Of a stretch of DNA of 64,000 nt, positions 46,674 through 55,231 are shown in pieces. The stretch covers positions 2,931 to 66,930 of the forward strand of contig JAPOOG010000041.1 of assembly GCA_026713545.1 (NCBI GenBank), written 5' to 3'. Under the pieces are notes generated by a model. That model was given only the letters and a program-made list of their open reading frames with translations. It made no database searches and was not told the DNA's origin. Origin of the DNA: Bryobacterales bacterium. GTDB lineage: Bacteria; Acidobacteriota; Terriglobia; Bryobacterales; UBA6623. Each line of letters begins with the position of its first letter. Position 1 is the stretch's first letter. The translations under genes and the position numbers were made by a program.

Positions 46674-47270
46674 ATGGCTGACTCGAACGCGGGCCAAGCC
46701 GGAGCGGAGCGGGAGGCTCCGGCCGAAGCTAAACCTCCCTTCCTCTCCCGCCTGATCGAAGGATTCAAGAAGACGGAAGCAGACAAGGACGCGGTTCGAA
46801 CGCGCCGCCTGTTCGTCGGCTTCGCAATCTCCGGCTTCCTGACGACCAACTTTCTGATGTTCCTGCGGTTTTTCTTTCCGCGGACCATCTTCGAGCCGCG
46901 CACGGTGTTTCGCATCGGGACGCCGAACGATTTTGGCATCGGCGTCGACACAAAATTTCAAAAGTCACAACGGGTCTGGGTCGTGAAGAATACTGAGCGG
47001 CTGTTCGTGATCAGTGCGATCTGCACCCACTTGGGCTGCACGCCGGATTGGAAGCAGTCCGAGCAGAAGTTCAAATGTCCGTGTCACGGCAGCGGCTACG
47101 ACCCGGAGGGGATCAACTACGAGGGTCCGGCGCCGCGGCCGATGGACCGCGCCTGGGTGGAACTCGACGCTGAAGGACAGATCGTCGTCGACACCAGCGT
47201 GGTTTTCAAAGAAGAAAAAGGCAAACAGACGCAGTTCAATGACTACCCGGGGGCGTTCATACCGGTGTAA
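46674..47270 (+). CDS. qcrA: Rieske [2Fe-2S] subunit of a cytochrome bc complex
   Basis: TRRLF Tat-like motif plus a TM helix, CTHLGC and CPCHGSGY, and GPAPRP. Confidence 0.92.
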   Translation: MADSNAGQAGAEREAPAEAKPPFLSRLIEGFKKTEADKDAVRTRRLFVGFAISGFLTTNFLMFLRFFFPRTIFEPRTVFRIGTPNDFGIGVDTKFQKSQRVWVVKNTERLFVISAICTHLGCTPDWKQSEQKFKCPCHGSGYDPEGINYEGPAPRPMDRAWVELDAEGQIVVDTSVVFKEEKGKQTQFNDYPGAFIPV

Positions 47271-47379
47271 GCACTTTCGGGGCCGGGTCGGTCGGTACGC
47301 CGGAACAAGGCGGGACAGGCGCTGGAATCGCCTTTTGCTGATCGCGGCCGGGCTTTCGGCCTGACAAGGAGTTGGCGGC

Positions 47380-48297
47380 ATGGCGGAACAGACAACGAAG
47401 ACGACGGAACAAGAGCAATCGAGCAACGGCGCCTCCGACAACGGGAAGAGGCTGTTCGGCATCGATCCGGACGCCATCAAGGCAAAAGCGACTGAGGACA
47501 TCAACGCCTTCAAGAAGCCGACCAGGACGGACCTCTACAAATCGATCTTTCGCGTCAAACACGACGATACGCCTCGGAGCCGTACGCTCGGTGTGCTGAG
47601 CAATGTCTTCTTGCATCTGCATCCGGCGAAGATCAACCGCGACGCGGTGGCCTACAACTACACCTGGGGGATGGGGGGCATCTCGTTCTATCTGTTCTGG
47701 GTGCTTACATGGACCGGCGTCCTGCTGATGTTCTACTACCACCCGACAAAGGTTCAGGCGTTTCGCGACATTCTGTATCTCGAGCACGACGTACCCTTCG
47801 GCAAACTTCTGCGCAACATGCACCGCTGGGGGGCGCACGCCATGGTCCTGACCGTGTGGCTTCACATGTATCGGGTTTTCCTGACGGGTTCCTACAAGAA
47901 GCCGCGCCAGTTCAACTGGATGATCGGCGTGATCCTGCTTGTGCTCACGCTGCTTCTGTCGTTCACGGGTTATCTTCTGCCGGATGATCAGTTGGGGTTC
48001 TGGGCGGTCACCGTCGGAACGAACATGGCGCGGGCCACCCCCTTGCTGGGCCACGAAGGGCCGTTTGGCATTCAATTTGGTATGACGGCATACAACGACG
48101 TGCGGTTCGCGCTGCTCGGCGGTTCGATCGTTGATTCGAATGCTCTGTTGCGAGCCTACATCTGGCACTGCGTCGCAATACCGGGTTTCGCCGCGACGTT
48201 CATGATTGTTCACTTCTGGCGGATCCGCAAGGACGGCGGCATCTCGGGCCCCGCTCCGATGGTGCTCCAGAAAGAAATCAAGCCGCTCAGGAGATAG
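47380..48297 (+). CDS. qcrB: Cytochrome b, N-terminal (b6-like) subunit
   Basis: TG.LLMFYY.P, RNMHRWGAH...HMYRVF.TG.YK.PR.FNW, TGYLLP.DQ and W H...H heme ligands. Confidence 0.92.
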   Translation: MAEQTTKTTEQEQSSNGASDNGKRLFGIDPDAIKAKATEDINAFKKPTRTDLYKSIFRVKHDDTPRSRTLGVLSNVFLHLHPAKINRDAVAYNYTWGMGGISFYLFWVLTWTGVLLMFYYHPTKVQAFRDILYLEHDVPFGKLLRNMHRWGAHAMVLTVWLHMYRVFLTGSYKKPRQFNWMIGVILLVLTLLLSFTGYLLPDDQLGFWAVTVGTNMARATPLLGHEGPFGIQFGMTAYNDVRFALLGGSIVDSNALLRAYIWHCVAIPGFAATFMIVHFWRIRKDGGISGPAPMVLQKEIKPLRR

Positions 48298-48313
48298 GGC
48301 TGGAGAACGACAA

Positions 48314-49249
48314 ATGGACTGGCATCAACTTTGGACGATCATCTCGCTCCCGGACAACATTCCGATTGTCGGTTTGATGTTCCTCATCCCGTTTTACACT
48401 TGGTATGCGTTTCGCCAAGCCTTCGCGAATGACCGCCTGATCGATCAACTCGAATCGGACCCGGAGATGGCCAAGACCCATCACCGCAAGACCCAGCCCT
48501 ACCAGAAGGGCTGGGCTCGTGAAGTGCACGTTTGGCCTTACCTTCTGAGGATCGAGTTTCTGTCGGCGATCATCGTTACAGCCATCCTGATGGTCTGGTC
48601 GATTACCCTCGACGCACCGCTGGAAGAGCCGGCCAACCCGACCCTCACGATGAACCCGTCGAAGGCGCCCTGGTACTTCCTCGGCCTGCAGGAAATGCTG
48701 GTCTACTTCGATCCGTGGATCGCCGGCGTGCTCATGCCGACGTTGATCATCATCGGCCTGATCGCGATCCCGTACATCGACACCAACCCCTTGGGCAACG
48801 GTTATTACACCTACAAGCAAAGGCGTTTCGCGATTTGGACGTTCCTGTTCGGCTTCGTCATTCTCTGGTGCGCCATGGTCGTGATCGGAACGCTGATTCG
48901 GGGACCGGGCTGGATGTGGTTCTGGCCGGGACAGACCTGGGATCACAACAAGCTGATCTTCGAGGTGAACCGCGACCTGCACGAGATCCTCGGCATCACG
49001 GATCCCATCCTGTACGGCATCTTCGGTTTTCTGGTGGTCGGTGGATTTTTCCTGATCACAGCCTTCGGCATCCACAAGCTGATGACCTTGACCGAGTTCA
49101 ACCGAAAGATTCTGGCCCGTATGACCTTGCTGCAGTACCTGACGATGCAGGTATTGCTGATCACGATGATCGGTTTGCCGGCAAAAATGGCGGCCCGCCT
49201 GCTTTTCCGGATCAAATACGTCTGGGTGACTCCTTGGTTCAACATTTGA
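48314..49249 (+). CDS. Cytochrome b, C-terminal (subunit IV-like) subunit
   Basis: WPYLL..E, DAPLEEPANP..T.NP.KAPWYFLGLQE (PEWY-equivalent) and multiple TM helices. GGAG RBS before ATG 48314. Confidence 0.88.
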   Translation: MDWHQLWTIISLPDNIPIVGLMFLIPFYTWYAFRQAFANDRLIDQLESDPEMAKTHHRKTQPYQKGWAREVHVWPYLLRIEFLSAIIVTAILMVWSITLDAPLEEPANPTLTMNPSKAPWYFLGLQEMLVYFDPWIAGVLMPTLIIIGLIAIPYIDTNPLGNGYYTYKQRRFAIWTFLFGFVILWCAMVVIGTLIRGPGWMWFWPGQTWDHNKLIFEVNRDLHEILGITDPILYGIFGFLVVGGFFLITAFGIHKLMTLTEFNRKILARMTLLQYLTMQVLLITMIGLPAKMAARLLFRIKYVWVTPWFNI

Positions 49250-49300
49250 CGATCTCCGGGGACTAGCAAAGACTGCCCGAACAAGAAGACCTCCAACGAA

Positions 49301-52300
49301 ATGCCGAAACCTGTTGACACTGATGTCGATCCCGTCGTAACCAAGTCGCTGAGCGTCCCTCTGTTGATCTCGACGCTGATTCTGACGTTCAGCCTCGTCT
49401 GGGCAATCTACGACGAGGTATACGTCATGCGCCCCTGGAAGAATTTCCAGGCTGACTTCATCGAGCTGTATTCGTCCTTCTTGACCAGGCTCAAGCCCCG
49501 GCAAGCCGCGGCGGAAGCGGAGGTGAAGGAATCACCCGAGTATCAGGCATTACAGCAGGAGCTTGACGGAGCGGAGGAGCTGGCCGCGCAGCGCGTGCGG
49601 GAAATCGACACGGTCGTCGGTCGCGGCGTGACTCCTCGATTGCTTACCGCGCGACAGACTTTCCAGATACTGAAAAGCGAGATCGACGCCATTACGTATC
49701 AGATCGAGACCGAGACGAGCGAGTCAGCGAAGCAGAGCCTGCAGGAGGACATTGACAAGATCAAGGCCCGCGTCGTCGAAGTCAACCTCGCCAGCGAAGA
49801 CGGCTCGGGCGAAGTCGAGACGCTCGAGATGAAGTTCGAAGCGCTGCAGGCCGAATTCCTGCGACTGCAAGAACGGCGCGTAGCCTTGCAGGCCGAGAGA
49901 GCGAAGGTACTGGAACCGGCGAGTGAAATCCGGGCTGAGCGTGACGCTTTGCTCGCCAACCGCCTCGCCGGCCTGACCGCGCAGCAAGTCGATGGCTTGG
50001 TCAACAAAATGGAGAACTTCAACATCGAGATCAAGCAGATTCACCTGAACGACATTGACTGGGTAGACCGCTGCGAATCTTGCCATCTGGGAACACGCGA
50101 GCCCGTCAGCATCAATGCCGAAGACGTCGGCGGGCGGGCGGAATTCGTGAGCCATCCGTCGCTCGACCTGCTCCGCATTCACGACCCCGAGCAATTCGGC
50201 TGCTCGACCTGCCACAACGGTAACGGCCGGGCGACACGTTCGGTCGTCAAGGGCCACGGCAGGCATAAGTTCTGGCTCTGGCCTCTATGGCACAAGGAAA
50301 ACATGCAGGCGGGTTGTCACCAGTGTCACGCGAGGGAGGTCATCACCGAGCAGGCTGATGTACTCAACAAGGGGCGGACGCTGTTCCTGAACAAGGGCTG
50401 CTGGGGATGTCACCGCTTCGAAGGCTTCGACCGTGAATCAGACGATCTCGCCGCCGTCCGGCAACAAATGAAGATTATTGACGACCGGCGCAACGCGAAC
50501 CTCAAGGAACAACGCGAGAGCATTGCGGCCGGCGACGTCGTGGAGGACATGGATGAAGCTGATACCCTGTATGCGCGGGCCGACTTGCTGAGCCTGCGCA
50601 ACGCCAAGCTCGACGCCGAATACGGCGCCCTGAAGGTGGAAGAGAAGTCGCTTGTTCTGGAAACGCGAAAGTTCGGCCCGAACCTCAAAGAGATCAAGGT
50701 AAAGCTCCGCAAAGAGTGGATTCCGGTTTGGCTGACCAATCCGCACGAGTTTCGCCCCGGCACGAAGATGCCGGAGTTCCGTTTGCTGGAAGACGAGGTC
50801 CAAAAAATCTCGGCGTACCTTTGGCAGAACGGGATCGAAGGTGAATTGGCCTCACATCCGCCGGGAGACCCCGAGCGCGGCAAAGAGCTGTTCGGCACCC
50901 GAGGCTGTCTGGGATGCCATTCGATGGGCGAAGGAGACGCAAGAGAGGGCGGCAACTTCGCGGCGAACCTGACACGGGTCGGTGAGAAAACGAACTACGA
51001 CTTCCTGGTTCGCTGGATCAACAATCCGAGCGAGGTGACGCCTGATCCGGAAGCCGACGCGGATGCGCCGCACCCCATTCCGATCATGCCCAGCCTGCGG
51101 CTGAGCATCGATGAGGTACGCGACGTCGCCAGCTACCTGATGACCAGGAAGACGGACGCAACCTACGAGCCGGCAGACTACATGGACGACCCCGCAATGG
51201 CGGAAGAAGGCATGGCATTGATCCGTCATTACGGCTGCGCGGGATGTCATGAGATTCGAGGACTCGAACTGGAAGGCCGCATCGGCACCGAACTCACTCT
51301 TGAGGGCAGCAAGCCTGTCGAGCGGCTCGACTTCGCTCTTCTGACGCACCAGGCCGAGATGGAGGGCTGGTACAACCACAAGGGCTTCTTCGAAAGGAAG
51401 CTCAAGGACCCGGCAATCTACGACCAGGGCAAGATGCGTGTGCACCTGGAGAAGTTGCGGATGCCGAACTTCCATCTCGGCGACGATGAAATCAATGCCT
51501 TGACGACCTTCCTGCTGGGAGCCGTCGACACCAATCTGCCAGCGCATTACCGCTATGAACCGGAAGACGATCGCCGCTACATCCAAGAGGGCTGGTGGAT
51601 CGTTCGGCGCTATAACTGTGTCGGCTGCCACCAGATTTCCTTCAGCGGACAAAGCGCTTTGATGAGCGTCCCGCTCTACGAAGATCCTGATTGGCAGGAG
51701 CAGTTGCCGCCGCAGCTTTATACGCAAGGCGCTCGTGTGCAGCCGGATTGGTTGATCCGCTTCCTCGATAATCCTGCGCTCCACGAGACCGACATCCACC
51801 GCAACGGCATGCGCACCTACCTGGAGGCGCGCATGCCTACGTTCCACTTTTCGGAACGGCAGGTGATGAAGCTCAGCCGGTTCTTCATGGCGCGGTCATC
51901 GCAATCGATGACCCATGTCGATCCTGGCCTCGAGCCTTTGACGGCGCAGGAGACCTTACTAGCGCGACGGCTCTTCCAAAGCCGCGGTGCCCCGTGCTTG
52001 AGGTGCCATATGACGGGCAACCCGTCGCATGACCGCGATGCCACCGCGCCGAACTTCTTGACCGCGAGCACGCGTCTCAAACCGGACTGGACCTATCGCT
52101 GGATGTTGGAGCCGGCCAAGATCGCGCCCGGCACCGCGATGCCCTCCGAACTGTTTCGCAAAGAAGGGGATCGCTGGGTCTTTACAGGACCTCTGCCGGC
52201 GGCGTTCGAGGGCTATGAGAAAGATCATGCCGATCTGCTCGTTCGATATATGTTCCAACTCACGCCGGCGGAGTTGAGACGGCTGACAGCGGCGGGAGTA

Positions 52301-52306
52301 CAATGA
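49301..52306 (+). CDS. Membrane-anchored octaheme cytochrome c (1001 aa)
   Basis: N-terminal TM helix, a long coiled coil and eight CxxCH motifs (CESCH, CSTCH, CHQCH, CWGCH, CLGCH, CAGCH, CVGCH, CLRCH). Confidence 0.9.
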   Translation: MPKPVDTDVDPVVTKSLSVPLLISTLILTFSLVWAIYDEVYVMRPWKNFQADFIELYSSFLTRLKPRQAAAEAEVKESPEYQALQQELDGAEELAAQRVREIDTVVGRGVTPRLLTARQTFQILKSEIDAITYQIETETSESAKQSLQEDIDKIKARVVEVNLASEDGSGEVETLEMKFEALQAEFLRLQERRVALQAERAKVLEPASEIRAERDALLANRLAGLTAQQVDGLVNKMENFNIEIKQIHLNDIDWVDRCESCHLGTREPVSINAEDVGGRAEFVSHPSLDLLRIHDPEQFGCSTCHNGNGRATRSVVKGHGRHKFWLWPLWHKENMQAGCHQCHAREVITEQADVLNKGRTLFLNKGCWGCHRFEGFDRESDDLAAVRQQMKIIDDRRNANLKEQRESIAAGDVVEDMDEADTLYARADLLSLRNAKLDAEYGALKVEEKSLVLETRKFGPNLKEIKVKLRKEWIPVWLTNPHEFRPGTKMPEFRLLEDEVQKISAYLWQNGIEGELASHPPGDPERGKELFGTRGCLGCHSMGEGDAREGGNFAANLTRVGEKTNYDFLVRWINNPSEVTPDPEADADAPHPIPIMPSLRLSIDEVRDVASYLMTRKTDATYEPADYMDDPAMAEEGMALIRHYGCAGCHEIRGLELEGRIGTELTLEGSKPVERLDFALLTHQAEMEGWYNHKGFFERKLKDPAIYDQGKMRVHLEKLRMPNFHLGDDEINALTTFLLGAVDTNLPAHYRYEPEDDRRYIQEGWWIVRRYNCVGCHQISFSGQSALMSVPLYEDPDWQEQLPPQLYTQGARVQPDWLIRFLDNPALHETDIHRNGMRTYLEARMPTFHFSERQVMKLSRFFMARSSQSMTHVDPGLEPLTAQETLLARRLFQSRGAPCLRCHMTGNPSHDRDATAPNFLTASTRLKPDWTYRWMLEPAKIAPGTAMPSELFRKEGDRWVFTGPLPAAFEGYEKDHADLLVRYMFQLTPAELRRLTAAGVQ

Positions 52307-52380
52307 GGAACTCATCCGGTAGTGCCTGCCCACGCCGCATTTGATCGTAGTTGCAGCATTCAAACAAGGAAGGTGTTCAC

Positions 52381-53157
52381 ATGAGATTTTCAAGATCGGT
52401 TTCCGGCTGGATGATGGCCGGCCTGTTGGTGTTTTCGCTCGCCTGCGGCGGCGGAGAAGACGCCGGCGAAGTAGCAGACGCCCCCGAGATGGAGGAAGCC
52501 GTAGTAACCGTCGATCCGGCGAAGGCCGCCACGATTACCGGCAAGGTCAAGCTCGAGGGCGATCCGCCCAGGATGCCCACTATCAATATGAGTGCCGAAC
52601 CGGATTGCAGGGGGCTGCATGAGGCGGCTCCTCCGGCGGAAGTTGTTGTGGCGCCTGACGGCATGCTGCAGAACGTTTTTGTCTGGGTCAAGAGCGGCCT
52701 TGAGGGAAAGTTCGCCGTTTCCGATACACCGGCCATGCTCGACCAGAAGGGTTGCATCTATAGCCCGCACGTCCTGGCCGTGCAGACCGGACAGATGTTG
52801 AAAATCTCCAACAGCGATCCGACAACGCACAACGTGCATCCGCTTCCGAAGACAAACCGCGAGTGGAACAGGTCACAGCCCGCAGAAGGATCCGATATCG
52901 AGTACAAGTTCCCGCGCCAGGAAATCATGATCGCGGTGAAGTGCAACATCCATCCCTGGATGCGCTCTTACATCAGCGTGGTGAACCATCCGTTCTTCGC
53001 GGTCTCGGGAGCCGATGGCAGCTTCGAGATCAAGGGCCTGCCGGCCGGCAGCTATACCGTCGAAGCCGTTCACGAGAGGTTCGGCTCCCAGGAAATGAGC
53101 GTGACTCTGGGTGACGCCGAGTCCAAGGACATTGAGTTCAGCTACAACGCAAGCTGA
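52381..53157 (+). CDS. Lipoprotein with a cupredoxin (type 1 copper) domain flanked by carboxypeptidase-regulatory-like beta domains
   Basis: Lipobox LACG, TITGKV, LDQKGC.Y.PHV, HNVH, KCNIHPWM and DGSFEIKGLPAGSY. Confidence 0.8.
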   Translation: MRFSRSVSGWMMAGLLVFSLACGGGEDAGEVADAPEMEEAVVTVDPAKAATITGKVKLEGDPPRMPTINMSAEPDCRGLHEAAPPAEVVVAPDGMLQNVFVWVKSGLEGKFAVSDTPAMLDQKGCIYSPHVLAVQTGQMLKISNSDPTTHNVHPLPKTNREWNRSQPAEGSDIEYKFPRQEIMIAVKCNIHPWMRSYISVVNHPFFAVSGADGSFEIKGLPAGSYTVEAVHERFGSQEMSVTLGDAESKDIEFSYNAS

Positions 53158-54082
53158 CCGGGAGTACCCGGCGACGCGCGGATTGCATCTCTTCGCGGTC
53201 TTCACGGCCGGTGCGACGTTCCTGTTGATCGTCGCGGGGGCTCTGGTGACGAGCCGCGACGCCGGTCTTTCCGTGCCGGACTGGCCCCTGTCGTACGGCC
53301 GGCTCATGCCTGAAATGATCGGTGGTGTTTTCTACGAGCACGGCCACCGCATGATCGCCGCTTTTGTCGGCTTTCTGACGATCATCCTGGCCGTGTGGAC
53401 CTGGCGGGCTGATCAGCGGCGTTGGGTGCGTCATCTTGGCTGGTCCGCTCTGGCCGCTGTGATCGCGCAAGGCCTGCTTGGTGGACTCACGGTATTGTTC
53501 CTGCTGCCCACCGCCGTCTCGGTGAGCCACGCTTGCCTGGCTCAGTTGTTCTTCTCGATCACCGTGGTGTTGGGGTTGGTCACGTCGCGGACCTGGTGCG
53601 AGCAGGGCCGTCGGCTCGCCGCGCCATGGCCGCCTTCCCGGCCGTCGCTGCCGGTGCTTTGCGTCACGACCAATTTCGTGACCTTCGGACAGCTTTTGTT
53701 GGGAGCCGCGTTGCGGCACAAGGGACTTGGTATCATTTTTCATCTCATCGGCGCCGCGGCGGTTGCGGCGATGGTCTTTTGGGTGCTGGCGCGTGTAGCT
53801 CGCGAGCACTCCGGTGACGCGGGGATTTTTTCCTGGGCTCTGGCTTTGAACGGACTGGTGATGCTGCAACTGCTCCTCGGAGCCGGCGCTTACTGGATTC
53901 GCGAGGTCACCCGCCATGCCGTGCAGCCGCTCTGGCCGATGGTCGTGATCACGGTCGGACATGTAGCGCTCGGAGCGCTCATCCTGGCCCTCGGCGTAGT
54001 GTTGACGTTTCAAGTCCATCACCGATTCGGTCGCCAAACCTCGTCTTCGTTCGAGCCCGAGGGAGTGCCCGCAACCACATGA
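53111..54082 (+). CDS. ctaA: Heme A synthase (COX15/CtaA)
   Basis: GA.VTS.DAGLSVPDWP, EHGHR, QGLLGG, HACLAQ and a repeated second half ending in HVA.G. Start codon is uncertain (overlaps the upstream gene). Confidence 0.87.
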   Translation: MTPSPRTLSSATTQADREYPATRGLHLFAVFTAGATFLLIVAGALVTSRDAGLSVPDWPLSYGRLMPEMIGGVFYEHGHRMIAAFVGFLTIILAVWTWRADQRRWVRHLGWSALAAVIAQGLLGGLTVLFLLPTAVSVSHACLAQLFFSITVVLGLVTSRTWCEQGRRLAAPWPPSRPSLPVLCVTTNFVTFGQLLLGAALRHKGLGIIFHLIGAAAVAAMVFWVLARVAREHSGDAGIFSWALALNGLVMLQLLLGAGAYWIREVTRHAVQPLWPMVVITVGHVALGALILALGVVLTFQVHHRFGRQTSSSFEPEGVPATT

Positions 54083-54978
54083 GACCGGACTCCTCGACCG
54101 CCCCCGCTGTTCTCGCCGGCGCACATGCGCTGCTGCTCGACTACTGGGAACTCACCAAACCGAGCGTTGTCTGGCTGATTCTGATGTCGACGGCCGTCGG
54201 TTTCTATATGGGGACATCCGGCTCGTGGCCTCTCATTCTGTTGGTCCACACCATCATCGGGACCGCCTTGCTGGCCGCAGGCACGGGCGCGCTCAACCAG
54301 TGGTGGGAGCGCGAAGCAGACGCCAAAATGCGCCGTACCGAGAATCGTCCGTTGCCGGCGGGCCGTTTGCGGCCCGGTCCTGCACTGGTTTTCGGCATTT
54401 TCCTCGCCGCCGCCGGTACGATCTACCTGTTGGCGGCCGTGAATGTGCTTGCCGCCGTTCTGGGATTTCTGACGCTGGCTTGCTACCTGTGGATCTACAC
54501 GCCGTTGAAGAGCCGCACGCCCGCCGCGACGTTCGTCGGCGCTTTCCCCGGCGCGATGCCTCCGTTGATCGGCTGGGTCGCTGCTCGCGCGAGTATCGGT
54601 ATCGAAGGCTGGGTGCTCTTCGCGACTCTCTTCCTGTGGCAGTTCCCGCATTTCTACGCCATTGCATGGATGTACCGTGAAGACTACCAACGAGCCGGTA
54701 TCCGGATGCTTCCGGTCGTCGAGCCGGACGGCATCTCGACCGGCCGGCAGGTTGTCTGCTACACCCTCGCTCTGATCCCGGTAAGCCTCGCGCCGACGCT
54801 GTTGGGCATGGCCGGCTTTCTGTACGCCGCTGGGGCTCTCGCAGCGGGCATCATCTACCTCTACTTCGGGATTCTGATGGCTCGGGAAAAGACCCGGTTT
54901 CAGGCGCGCCGCCTGCTGCAAGCTTCGGTCTTCTATCTGCCGCTGTTGTACTTTTTCCTCATCGTCGATAAGCTGTAG
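54079..54978 (+). CDS. ctaB: Protoheme IX farnesyltransferase (heme O synthase)
   Basis: ELTKP, ALNQW.ERE.D.KM.RT..RPLPAG, IYTPLK, GA.PGA.PPLIGW and WQFPHF.AIAW.Y.EDY. Confidence 0.95.
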   Translation: MRPDSSTAPAVLAGAHALLLDYWELTKPSVVWLILMSTAVGFYMGTSGSWPLILLVHTIIGTALLAAGTGALNQWWEREADAKMRRTENRPLPAGRLRPGPALVFGIFLAAAGTIYLLAAVNVLAAVLGFLTLACYLWIYTPLKSRTPAATFVGAFPGAMPPLIGWVAARASIGIEGWVLFATLFLWQFPHFYAIAWMYREDYQRAGIRMLPVVEPDGISTGRQVVCYTLALIPVSLAPTLLGMAGFLYAAGALAAGIIYLYFGILMAREKTRFQARRLLQASVFYLPLLYFFLIVDKL

Positions 54979-55061
54979 CACGTTGACTTGGTCGGTCTTG
55001 CCGATTCCCAAGTCGATTCGCTGGCCTTGGTTTTGAAGCTGTTCCGCAGTTCGGACCTCTG

Positions 55062-55172
55062 ATGAATCTCGCCGAAATCGCCTTTATTGCACTGGCCTTC
55101 GTGATGGCTGTGCTTCCGCTGCTTGGACGCGCCATTCAGATGGCGCGCAAAAATAGACGCCAACGGGGCTAG
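55062..55172 (+). CDS. Candidate 36-aa single-pass membrane peptide (not in the ORF track)
   Basis: MNLAEIAFIALAFVMAVLPLLGRAIQMARKNRRQRG: a hydrophobic helix followed by a strongly basic tail. Directly after ctaB on the same strand. Confidence 0.5.
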   Translation: MNLAEIAFIALAFVMAVLPLLGRAIQMARKNRRQRG

Positions 55173-55231
55173 ACACACGGGACACGCATCACCAGCGGCC
55201 TGCCGCACCACGTTATCAGGGACCATTCACC

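Noticed and set aside
4225-54124. Long antisense or alternate-frame ORFs in the track (for example 4225-5256, 35724-37214, 41357-42568, 47257-48213, 48287-49504, 50852-51847, 53138-54124)
   Set aside because: They are shadows of well-supported genes on the opposite strand, which is typical of high-GC DNA, and carry no recognisable motifs.
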